Shown here piece by piece: positions 45,433 through 54,553 of a stretch of 64,000 bases of DNA (positions are counted from its first letter, which is position 1; every line of letters begins with the position of its first letter). Location: IMG/VR virus record IMGVR_UViG_3300021959_006010, positions 211,367 through 275,366 of that record; one strand, 5' to 3'. Made by a program: the position numbers and the translations under genes. Below the pieces are notes generated by a model. That model was not told the DNA's origin and searched no databases. It worked only from the letters and a program-made list of their open reading frames with translations.

Positions 45433-48400
45433 TTATAAACTAGCTATTTCTCCTGTGTTTTTAATACGTAGTGGTATGTAGATAAATTCAATTGCCTTAA
45501 CTGGCTCAATCGCAATATCTAAATACAACTCGTTACGATCAATTCTAGCAGGTGTGTTGTTTGATTCGTCACATACTACTAAGAAATCGTATAAAGCACG
45601 TTGTCCAACAAGTTCTAAACATAGTGCTTCGGCTGCTGTTTTGATTTGATCACGTGTGATCTTATCATTTGGCTCAAATAGATATGGACGAGCTAGTGCA
45701 TCCAATCTACCACGCATGTACACAATCAAACGTGCAACATTTACACGATCTAGAGCACTTGCATTTCTAGCACGAGTTTTCTGTCCAAATACAACTAGCC
45801 CTGCTCCGTTTAGGAATGTAATTGGGTTAATTTTGTTTTCGTACAGTGTATCACGCTGTCCTTCGTTTAATGCTACTGCAACAAATTCGCCTTCGTTATT
45901 TACATAACCTGAGCTAGTTGCGTTTGTAACACCGCCACGTCTTGTACCTGCTGGTGCAAACCATGGGTAAGCAACTTGGTCATTTAGTGCAATAGTACGT
46001 AGCGCCATATGACTTGGTGGAACAACAACATTGTTTCCTGCGTTGTCGCTTGTAAAGCCCCATGGGTAATACATACCTACATATTCGTCAAAGCTTACTG
46101 CTCCAACATCGTTATCTTCTACTGCTCCACGGACGTTAGTTGCCCAATCGTTTAAGCTAGTTGCATCAGGTGTTAGTCTTGCAGGTGTATCTGCAACAAC
46201 AAATGCACTTAACTTACGATCGTAGTTCAAGCTAATCATTTCTCCAATTAGTTCTGGATAACCTGGTGTTGCCATTAAGTTAAACACTCTTGACTCATCA
46301 TCGCGGATTTCGTCATTGTTATTAACTGCTGCTTGAAGTTGCTTAACAACAACTGAACGCTGTGCTAGTCTACCAAAGCTGCCTTTACCGTCTGGCTGGT
46401 TCGGTGAGTCAGTAACCCAACGGTGTGGATAATATGCATCCATTGCTTCGTCGTTTTGACGAATATTATCACCATTTACGTCAATGTAGTTACGCTCAAA
46501 ACGCTTAACGTTAAATCCGCTTCTACGTAGGTTCCATAGTAGCATACCTTTTGGATATAGTGCTGGATCTGGAGCATCTGGATCTAAGTAATCGCTTTCA
46601 GCTAGTTCAGCAATGCTACCTGCTTCATCACTATTTGCGCCTGCTGTGTTGTAACGTGCATCTGCAAATAATACCCCGTTTGGTGTAGTTTGATCAGTTG
46701 CATCACGTAGTTTCCAACCAGCTGCTGCTGTACCTGCGTTTTCATAAACATATACAGTTGGATAGTTTTCAAGATCTGAAGTATCAATCCAAATGTCACC
46801 GTCTACAAGTGGTGTTCCATCTGTTTGTTGTGTAGGTGCACCGCTTGCAACCATTGGTCCTGCTGTGTTTGTATCAGGATTTACTACTCTATAGCCTTTC
46901 CAATCAGTACCGTTATGTACCATCATGTCTACTTCGTCAACGATTGAGTTGTACCATAGTTCGCCTTGTGCTGCTAGTGTACCTGGCTCATCGTCTGCTG
47001 CTGTATACTCTAGTGCTTTCCAAAGTGTAGCAACATATGTATTTGCTGCTGTTGGATGAGCATATAAGTTTACAGTTGAAGCTGCAATGTTTGGATCATA
47101 AGCTTGGAAACCAATTTGTGCTAAGATAGTGCTTGCACCGTCATCTACTAATTGGATTTCGCCGCCTTGGCTATGGCTAATAACAACTCTGTTTTGGCTG
47201 TCAACATCTGCTGTTACATTTTGTAGCCCTGCACTTGCAATTGCTCCTGCAATTGTTTCTGCATCATTAACACTTGAGTCAGTAGTAAATGTAACACTTA
47301 CTGGTGTGCTCATTGTGTCACTGCCGTTATCTGATTCAGATATTGTAATTGTATGACTACCGACTGTTGCTGTGTTTAGTATAATTTTAGCACTAGTTAC
47401 AGTAGTTGCTCCTGTAGTAACACGGCTGTAAAGTCTAAATCCTGCTGTTGCTGGACTATTACCTTCTGTATTCCATTGTACATATACTGAGTTAGTTGTT
47501 AAGTTTGCGCCGCCGCCTGCTCTATCTAAGTTGTACAATGCTTTTACATTGCTTTCGTATAGACTAATTTCTTTAGTATTCCAAAGTTTAGTTGAATCAT
47601 TCCACTGCTTTAGTCTATAATCAGCACCTGAGTTTGGTGTAGTTGTTTTGATCCAAATTGAGCCAGTTGGTGCATCTAAATCATCTGGACCAAACTCTGG
47701 AACTGCTGTATGTGGTGCAATTACTAGACTTGGTGCATTATATGTTCCTGGTACTATACCTAAACGTGCTGCAAAATCGCCGCCGCCTTCATTGATAGTT
47801 ACAACACCACCGTTTGAGTAAATTTCAACAATGCCATTAACTAGTGCTGCGCTTACGCCGTCTGCTGCTAATAATGTGTTAAATGCTGCAACTTGATCAG
47901 CTGCTGTTCCTACTACTTCTGCAACTGGTACTGCTGCGCCACCGTCAATTGAAACACTAAAGTCTTCGCCCGATGCAGTAAATGATGCATCTGGTCCTGA
48001 ACCTGTGTGTGCTGGCCAACTTGCTTTCCAGTTTTCAGAACCTACTTCTACCCACTGTCCTGCTGTTAAACCTGCTGCGTTTCCTGCTGATTTGTAGTAT
48101 AATCTAATTACATTAGAAACAGCAACAACTGCATAATCGCCTACTGATCCTACACTTGCTTTTGGTGTATATGGTGCAGAACCAATTGTTTTAGTTTCGT
48201 CTGTAATTACAATTGGGGCCTGTAATCCAAATGTTTGTCCGCCTGTAGTTGTTACAGGTGCTGCATTCCATTCAAATGCACCCCATTTTGTTACTTGTGT
48301 ATCTAACCAGTATGCTCCGTTTGCTGGATCATCTTGTGGAGCTTCTGATTGTGGATTTAACTTGCTTAGGTCAACATCAGCACGTACAACCCATGCTCGG

Positions 48401-48714
48401 TTGCTTACACCTAAGAATGAGTATGCTGCTTGAAGTCCGTATTCGTTAAGTTCGCCTGCGTTAATTGGGTTATTATTAGCATCAGTATAAAATACCGGAT
48501 CGCCAAATAAGTCTGCCAAATCACGCTGTGAGGTAAGTAGATATGGCTTACCTGCATTAGCTTTTATTGTACCTGCTGCGGTACCTGTTCCGCTACCGTT
48601 TGTTTTATTTTCGGCAGACGCAACAAAAATCATTGGTACGGTGCCTGGGGCCGCTGGTGTATAGAACGATTCGTCTATTACATTAACCTCAACACCTGGT
48701 GATACTAGTGCCAT
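45433..48714 (-). CDS. contractile tail sheath protein (gp18-like) with large insertions
   Basis: LVSPGVEV..IDES, PWFAPAG.RRG, RD.LY..KINPI, GQKT, ALDRVNVARL, FEPND, CDESNNTP, P.KAIEFI. Confidence 0.95.
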   Translation of the reverse strand: MALVSPGVEVNVIDESFYTPAAPGTVPMIFVASAENKTNGSGTGTAAGTIKANAGKPYLLTSQRDLADLFGDPVFYTDANNNPINAGELNEYGLQAAYSFLGVSNRAWVVRADVDLSKLNPQSEAPQDDPANGAYWLDTQVTKWGAFEWNAAPVTTTGGQTFGLQAPIVITDETKTIGSAPYTPKASVGSVGDYAVVAVSNVIRLYYKSAGNAAGLTAGQWVEVGSENWKASWPAHTGSGPDASFTASGEDFSVSIDGGAAVPVAEVVGTAADQVAAFNTLLAADGVSAALVNGIVEIYSNGGVVTINEGGGDFAARLGIVPGTYNAPSLVIAPHTAVPEFGPDDLDAPTGSIWIKTTTPNSGADYRLKQWNDSTKLWNTKEISLYESNVKALYNLDRAGGGANLTTNSVYVQWNTEGNSPATAGFRLYSRVTTGATTVTSAKIILNTATVGSHTITISESDNGSDTMSTPVSVTFTTDSSVNDAETIAGAIASAGLQNVTADVDSQNRVVISHSQGGEIQLVDDGASTILAQIGFQAYDPNIAASTVNLYAHPTAANTYVATLWKALEYTAADDEPGTLAAQGELWYNSIVDEVDMMVHNGTDWKGYRVVNPDTNTAGPMVASGAPTQQTDGTPLVDGDIWIDTSDLENYPTVYVYENAGTAAAGWKLRDATDQTTPNGVLFADARYNTAGANSDEAGSIAELAESDYLDPDAPDPALYPKGMLLWNLRRSGFNVKRFERNYIDVNGDNIRQNDEAMDAYYPHRWVTDSPNQPDGKGSFGRLAQRSVVVKQLQAAVNNNDEIRDDESRVFNLMATPGYPELIGEMISLNYDRKLSAFVVADTPARLTPDATSLNDWATNVRGAVEDNDVGAVSFDEYVGMYYPWGFTSDNAGNNVVVPPSHMALRTIALNDQVAYPWFAPAGTRRGGVTNATSSGYVNNEGEFVAVALNEGQRDTLYENKINPITFLNGAGLVVFGQKTRARNASALDRVNVARLIVYMRGRLDALARPYLFEPNDKITRDQIKTAAEALCLELVGQRALYDFLVVCDESNNTPARIDRNELYLDIAIEPVKAIEFIYIPLRIKNTGEIASL

Positions 48715-48827
48715 GTTTTCTTTCTCCTATCGAGTTGGTCTTTGTTAGTAGTATTTAGCGTATATAGATAAAAATGCATAGGTAAACAGCTATAAAAAGG
48801 GACCGAAAAGGGCAGCTAAATATAACT

Positions 48828-49169
48828 ATGAGACCACTATGTGTAAATTGCAGACAAAAACCAGCTGCTATAAATTATTATAAACAAGGCAAGCCTTATT
48901 ACCGAAAGAAATGCGAATCTTGCACTAGATACGGAGGCAAAGGAAAGCAGCCTCCTAAGTGGCATTTGTATGGTTACACAAAAAAATCACATTGCGAAAA
49001 GTGTGGATTTGATTCAAAACATCTTGAACAGTTTGATGTTTATCATGTAGACGGAGATTTAAATAATTGTCGTCCGAGCAATCTTAAAACTATTTGTGCT
49101 AATTGTCAAAGATTAATACAAAAAGAAGGTTATAAATGGAGACAAGGAAATTTAATTCCTGATATGTAA
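48828..49169 (+). CDS. HNH-like Zn-binding protein
   Basis: CEKCG...V.HVDGDLNN...NL..ICANC. Confidence 0.7.
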   Translation: MRPLCVNCRQKPAAINYYKQGKPYYRKKCESCTRYGGKGKQPPKWHLYGYTKKSHCEKCGFDSKHLEQFDVYHVDGDLNNCRPSNLKTICANCQRLIQKEGYKWRQGNLIPDM

Positions 49170-49685
49170 ACTTCTTTTTGCCATTGAATTTCTAAAAATA
49201 GTATGCATTAAAATGTCTACGTTTCTTCTTAATCTGTTTAAATCAGCATTATTATCAATAGTGTAATCACACATCCATTGTTCAATACTCATTGAGCTTG
49301 GATCTTCTGTAGGTAAATGATCTGAACGATCTACCCAAATAGCATAATCAAAGATTTCTTCGTTTTGCATTGCAAAAAACTCACGTTTATTTCGCAACCC
49401 ACAATATATATCATGCTCGGCAAATAAGTTACGGCCTAATTTTGCTAAATCATCTTTGCAATAATCGTGTATCATATTGTACCATTCGGTGCGATGATTA
49501 TGACGATCATTATAACATTCTTCTTCGTTAGTATAACCGTACTTGTCTTTTAATTCTTCGAAGATAAAAAGCTCTGAACAAAATTTAGAACTAGATTGGA
49601 ATTTGTAACCATAGTCTTGTAGTATTTCGCAAACAGTATCTTTGCCGTGACGGCCGTGTCCAACAACAAGTAACTTTGGTAACAT
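49152..49685 (-). CDS. deoxynucleoside monophosphate kinase-like protein
   Basis: G.GRHGKDT P-loop, D.TIDNN. Confidence 0.7.
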   Translation of the reverse strand: MLPKLLVVGHGRHGKDTVCEILQDYGYKFQSSSKFCSELFIFEELKDKYGYTNEEECYNDRHNHRTEWYNMIHDYCKDDLAKLGRNLFAEHDIYCGLRNKREFFAMQNEEIFDYAIWVDRSDHLPTEDPSSMSIEQWMCDYTIDNNADLNRLRRNVDILMHTIFRNSMAKRSLHIRN

Positions 49686-49744
49686 ATATTAATCTCCGTA
49701 AAATATTCTTATATTATACGAGAAAAATGTATTGTTGTCAACCG

Positions 49745-50014
49745 TTAATCGTAATGTCCGCCTAAAATAGCAACTTTTTCTATTTCTTCGTTAAACATTT
49801 CAGCTTCTCTAACTTTCCATGCTTGTTCGAAACCTTGCTCGTGCAAATAGTTTTCGTTATTGCCCCAAAGTCTTTTTATGTATGAGTTATAAGTTGCTTC
49901 GACATCTCTGTCGCTCCAGGATTTATCAATAAGTTTACCTTTGACAATCCAATTTAACCGATTGGCTTCTTTACGTACAAATGGGCTACACACTGTGAAC
50001 CTCCTATACTGCAA
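49745..50014 (-). CDS. hypothetical protein
   Basis: 89-aa ORF; start uncertain. Confidence 0.55.
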   Translation of the reverse strand: MQYRRFTVCSPFVRKEANRLNWIVKGKLIDKSWSDRDVEATYNSYIKRLWGNNENYLHEQGFEQAWKVREAEMFNEEIEKVAILGGHYD

Positions 50015-50057
50015 TTTGTAATTGTATTTACAGTATAGTTAATTTATAGCGTTAACA

Positions 50058-50840
50058 TTAACCTATTAGGAATCCGTAGCCTGTACCGCCTGCTACTGCC
50101 ATTGAAACATCTTGCTCAAGTTTTTCCATTTCAGATTGTGCTTCAGCTTTTAACGTGTCGCCATTTAAACTAGTACCACCTTGAGGGCCTGCAATAGTAG
50201 CAAACTTTGAACGTGCTTCGCCTAGCATATATTTACAACTTGCAAGTGTATAATCTTTAATCCACTGGCTTGCAAGATAATCATCAAGTAACTGCAATGT
50301 AGGACGATAGTTATAAGCAAAAATTAAAATTTCTTCGTCGCCTCGAGGTCTTTGCAAAATTGTTAATTTTTTGTTAGTGTTGTTCCAGGTAAATTCCATA
50401 AAGCTACCAAACATACGTCCTACAAGTTCTTGATATCCTGCAAACATATCATATGTTGCTAATCCGCCCATTTGTGTAGATCCTGCTAAAAGGTATGTAT
50501 TAGTAAATGCTAAATTGAATGGTTCAAAAAGAGATCCGCCACCGCCGTTGCCAGTACGAGATCCAATTGATCTTCTGTATAATTTTCTTACTTCGATAAC
50601 TTCGTTTGGAAGTATATATTCGTTTTGATCTTCTATCATAGATAAAAACAAATAACTTTCTTCAACAGAGTGATCTGATCTCTGTCGATATTTTGAAAGT
50701 GCTTTGTTAAGTGCAGTTTCGTAATGTACAGGGTCAAGTTCGACATCTATCATGCCGCCGCCTAGAAATGCATTAACATAATCATAGACTTCTTGTTTCT
50801 TAGTTATTAGCTGTTGTTTTTGTAGTTCAATATCTGACAT
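50058..50840 (-). CDS. neck protein (gp13-like)
   Basis: LG...IDVEL, W.KDY.LA..K..LG.ARSKF....GP.GG..LNG. Confidence 0.8.
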   Translation of the reverse strand: MSDIELQKQQLITKKQEVYDYVNAFLGGGMIDVELDPVHYETALNKALSKYRQRSDHSVEESYLFLSMIEDQNEYILPNEVIEVRKLYRRSIGSRTGNGGGGSLFEPFNLAFTNTYLLAGSTQMGGLATYDMFAGYQELVGRMFGSFMEFTWNNTNKKLTILQRPRGDEEILIFAYNYRPTLQLLDDYLASQWIKDYTLASCKYMLGEARSKFATIAGPQGGTSLNGDTLKAEAQSEMEKLEQDVSMAVAGGTGYGFLIG

Positions 50841-50881
50841 ATAGAAGTTCTCCGTATAGTATTTATCGAATAAATATGTAT

Positions 50882-52141
50882 ATGCCAAGACTTAGTTTAT
50901 ACAGACCAGAAAAAGGCAACGATTACGATTTTATAGATAAGCAAATCTATGAGATGTTTTCTGTTGGCGGAACAGATTTATACATCCACAAGTACATCGG
51001 TACTGACGACGGAACAACCGTCAAGGATGAGACACAAATTCAAGATCTAATGTTTCTTGAAAATAGAGACAGAAAATACGATCCTGACATTTATACAATA
51101 CGAGGTGTGTATAATGTACAAGACATTGATTTTGATCTAAGTCAATTTGGATTGTTTTTAAGCAATGACACACTTTTTCTTACTGTGCATATTAATAGCA
51201 GTGTAAAAAGTATCGGAAGAAAAATTATGTCAGGAGATGTAATTGAACTTCCTCATTTAAAAGACGAGTATGCATTAAATGATTTCGGAAGTGCATTAAA
51301 AAGATTTTATGTAGTTGAGGATATAAATCGTGCAGCAGAAGGTTTTAGTCCTACTTGGTATCCTCATTTGTATAGATTAAAACTTAAACAAATTGTTGAT
51401 AGTCAAGAATTTGCCGATATTTTAGAAAGACCAGAGAACGAAGATAATTTCGAAGGCGATTATGATCCTGCAACAACATATGCTGTTGGCCAAGTAGTTA
51501 AATATAAAGGCGATCTGTACGAAGTTACTAACGAAACTACTGGTAATTTACCTACAGATACTAACTTTTGGAAACCGTTTGAAGAAAACACATTAAGAGA
51601 TTTGTTAAGTACATACGAAAAAGAAATGCAAATAAACAATGCAGTTGTATCTGAGGCAGAAGCTGCGGCTTCTAAGTCAGGTTACGATGTTAGTCATTTT
51701 TACACTGTAGCAGTTGACGAAGACGGTCAAGTCGAATTACAAACAGTAGACGAGACAGAAATAGATGCTAGTGCAAGCACTTATTTTGCCGACGGCGTAT
51801 ATGGAAGACCGGATAGACACGGCTACGATGGCTATTTAATTGGTGATAATAATGCACCAAACGGAGAATTATTTGGCAGCGGAATACAATTTCCTATGGA
51901 CAATATGCCAGGAGATTATTTTTTAAGAACAGATTTTTTACCGAATAGATTATTTAAATTTGATGGGAATAGATGGGTGAAGGTACATGACGCAGTAAGA
52001 CACAATATGTCTAATACTGATACTAGACAAACGCAAAAAACATCGTTTATCAATAATACTAATACTAATACAATCGGCGGCGAAACTGTGGAAGAACGTC
52101 AGAGCTTGTCAAAAGCACTTAGACCAAAGGCGGATAATTAA
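50882..52141 (+). CDS. neck protein (gp14-like) with inserted carbohydrate-binding-like module
   Basis: LS.FGL...D.LF, G..GD.I.LP; insert YDPATTYAVGQVVKYKG..Y. Confidence 0.65.
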   Translation: MPRLSLYRPEKGNDYDFIDKQIYEMFSVGGTDLYIHKYIGTDDGTTVKDETQIQDLMFLENRDRKYDPDIYTIRGVYNVQDIDFDLSQFGLFLSNDTLFLTVHINSSVKSIGRKIMSGDVIELPHLKDEYALNDFGSALKRFYVVEDINRAAEGFSPTWYPHLYRLKLKQIVDSQEFADILERPENEDNFEGDYDPATTYAVGQVVKYKGDLYEVTNETTGNLPTDTNFWKPFEENTLRDLLSTYEKEMQINNAVVSEAEAAASKSGYDVSHFYTVAVDEDGQVELQTVDETEIDASASTYFADGVYGRPDRHGYDGYLIGDNNAPNGELFGSGIQFPMDNMPGDYFLRTDFLPNRLFKFDGNRWVKVHDAVRHNMSNTDTRQTQKTSFINNTNTNTIGGETVEERQSLSKALRPKADN

Positions 52142-53607
52142 TGCAACATTTTTATGACGCACAGATAAGAAGATATATCACTCAAATGATTCGCATGATG
52201 AGTGGTTTTAGTTATAAAGACGGACAAGGTCGGCTTAAAACTGTTCCAGTAATGTATGGAGATCTTACAAGACAGGCTGCAAATATTATTCGAGATAACT
52301 CTGAAAATAAAATTCCAAGTGCTCCTAGAATGAGCGTATACATTACAGGCCTTGAGATGGATAGAACTAGGACTGGTGACAGCACACTAGTTAGCAAAAT
52401 GCACATTAGAGAACGTGCATACGATGCTAACGGTCAAGAATATCTAAACGAAGAAGGAAAGAACTACACTGTAGAGCGTTTAATGCCTAGTCCTTATATA
52501 TTAAGAATGAATGTAGATATTTGGGCTTCAAATACTGACCAAAAACTTCAAATAGTGGAACAAATATTAACATTGTTTAATCCAAGTCTTGAAATACAAA
52601 CAACTGATAACTATATTGATTGGACAAGTTTAAGTGTAGTTGACCTTGACGGGATTACATGGAGTACTAGAAGTATTCCAGTAGGTGTTGATTCAGAAAT
52701 AGACGTAGCACAACTTCAGTTTAGTACTCCAATATACATTAGTCCTCCAGTAAAAGTAAAAAGACTTGGCGTAATTACAAATATTATTACTAGAGTGTTT
52801 GACGAACGCACAGGTGATATTAATTTAGGTCTAAGTGGTCCAGAAATGTTAGCATATAGCGAAAATCAATTACCTATGGATTTTGAAACAGAAACACAAG
52901 TAAATGAAAACGGAGAGATTGATATAGTTACTAAAAACACAATAGATTATACTTTTGCAAATCAATCTAACCTGTCGACTACATTCCGAGACTACGGTGT
53001 TTATGTGTTAGGAAACGAGGCGCAAATTATATACGACGGTAAAGTAGGCGAAGTTGACTGGGACAGAGTTATACTGGCTTATCCAGGAACATATCAAGCA
53101 GGATTAAGTAAAATAGTTCTTAAAAACAGTTCTGATCCTGATAGTAATATTATAGGATATATTACAGTTAATTCTTTAGATAACACGAAAGTCCTTGTTA
53201 GTTGGGATCAAGACACTCTACCAAGTGACACTATTATACAAGGTCCAATAAGAAATAACGGTAGCATTGATTATATCATTGATACTACTAGATTTGATCC
53301 ATCACAGGATAAAACAGCAGGTGTTAGATTACTTCTTATTACAAGCATAGGCGACACTGTTAATATAGACGGTCCAGATGCATGGAAAAATAACGACGTT
53401 ACTGACTTTGTTGCAGACGAAAATGATATAGTCGAATGGGATGGAGCAAATTGGAATATTATTTTTGATGCATCAGAAACTACTGATGTAACATATGTTA
53501 GTAATCTTAACACAGGAGTTCAATACAAATGGACTGGCTCTCTCTGGATACAATCTTACGAAGGTGAGTATTCAGAAGGTGCTTGGATGCTATATCTCGA
53601 AAGCTAA
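52141..53607 (+). CDS. tail sheath stabilizer/terminator (gp15-like)
   Basis: HFYD.QIRRY, VP.MYG, PRMS...G...D..R, P.PY, QIVEQIL..FNP. Confidence 0.8.
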   Translation: MQHFYDAQIRRYITQMIRMMSGFSYKDGQGRLKTVPVMYGDLTRQAANIIRDNSENKIPSAPRMSVYITGLEMDRTRTGDSTLVSKMHIRERAYDANGQEYLNEEGKNYTVERLMPSPYILRMNVDIWASNTDQKLQIVEQILTLFNPSLEIQTTDNYIDWTSLSVVDLDGITWSTRSIPVGVDSEIDVAQLQFSTPIYISPPVKVKRLGVITNIITRVFDERTGDINLGLSGPEMLAYSENQLPMDFETETQVNENGEIDIVTKNTIDYTFANQSNLSTTFRDYGVYVLGNEAQIIYDGKVGEVDWDRVILAYPGTYQAGLSKIVLKNSSDPDSNIIGYITVNSLDNTKVLVSWDQDTLPSDTIIQGPIRNNGSIDYIIDTTRFDPSQDKTAGVRLLLITSIGDTVNIDGPDAWKNNDVTDFVADENDIVEWDGANWNIIFDASETTDVTYVSNLNTGVQYKWTGSLWIQSYEGEYSEGAWMLYLES

Positions 53608-53615
53608 TTATTAGT

Positions 53616-54050
53616 ATGGAAGATGTAATAGTATGTAGTGGTGCTTTATTCTATTCTAGAAAATCTAATAGAATTTTGTTAATTCAGAAAGCAGAAGGAA
53701 AACACAAAAATACTTGGGGTCTTGTTGGCGGAACTACTGAAAACGGCGAAACTCCTTGGCAGGGGTTACAAAGAGAAATTAAAGAAGAAATAGGATTTTT
53801 GCCAACAATTATAAAAACACTTCCTTTAGAAAGTTTTGTAAGTAATGATCATAAGTTTAACTTTTACACATATCTTTGTGTTATTGAAGAAGAGTTTATT
53901 CCAAAATTAAGTAAAGAACATAAAGGTTGGGCATGGTGTGTTATAGAAAATTGTCCTAAACCTTTGCATCAAGGGTTGCGTAGTAGTTTTGGTAATCGAT
54001 CAATTAGAAATAAACTTAATACAGTATTCGAAATTATGGATTTATTATAA
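53616..54050 (+). CDS. NUDIX hydrolase
   Basis: GG..E.GET...L.RE..EE.G Nudix box. Confidence 0.9.
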   Translation: MEDVIVCSGALFYSRKSNRILLIQKAEGKHKNTWGLVGGTTENGETPWQGLQREIKEEIGFLPTIIKTLPLESFVSNDHKFNFYTYLCVIEEEFIPKLSKEHKGWAWCVIENCPKPLHQGLRSSFGNRSIRNKLNTVFEIMDLL

Positions 54051-54298
54051 TGGATGACTTAGTAATGTTAGGAAATAATCTAGACAGTAGTTTAGAAGAA
54101 GAAATTGTAAAAATTATATTTAAGGGTGATATTAAAAGAGAGTGTATATACACTCGTAGTAAAGATCTAACTCCTGAGATGGATATTGAAGAAGAAAATA
54201 TTCCCAACACAGTAATAGCTTACAACCTAATAAGGCAACGTTGGGAATATTTAAATTTAGCTAACATCGAAACCGCTGAAGCAATTATTAACGATTAG
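54050..54298 (+). CDS. hypothetical protein
   Basis: 82 aa, coupled. Confidence 0.6.
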   Translation: MDDLVMLGNNLDSSLEEEIVKIIFKGDIKRECIYTRSKDLTPEMDIEEENIPNTVIAYNLIRQRWEYLNLANIETAEAIIND

Positions 54299-54543
54299 CT
54301 ATTTTCAGAAATAATTGCTTCTATAGCAGCTTTAGTTTCAACAAAATTTTCTTGTATTTCAGTTAAATCAATACCACGTTCTTCTCTTCTAGCTGCTTTT
54401 AAAGACAAGTTGTGATATTCAGCTGCGTACTGCCTTAAATTACTAATATGTGTCCACATTTCTTCTGACCCAAGTTCGTCTGCTTTTGTCATAAAATCGT
54501 CTACCATAGTGTAAAATTCTTTTGTTTTGTACCATATTGCCAT
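54295..54543 (-). CDS. hypothetical protein
   Basis: AAGGA RBS; start MAIWY. Confidence 0.6.
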   Translation of the reverse strand: MAIWYKTKEFYTMVDDFMTKADELGSEEMWTHISNLRQYAAEYHNLSLKAARREERGIDLTEIQENFVETKAAIEAIISENS

Positions 54544-54553
54544 AATATTTTCC

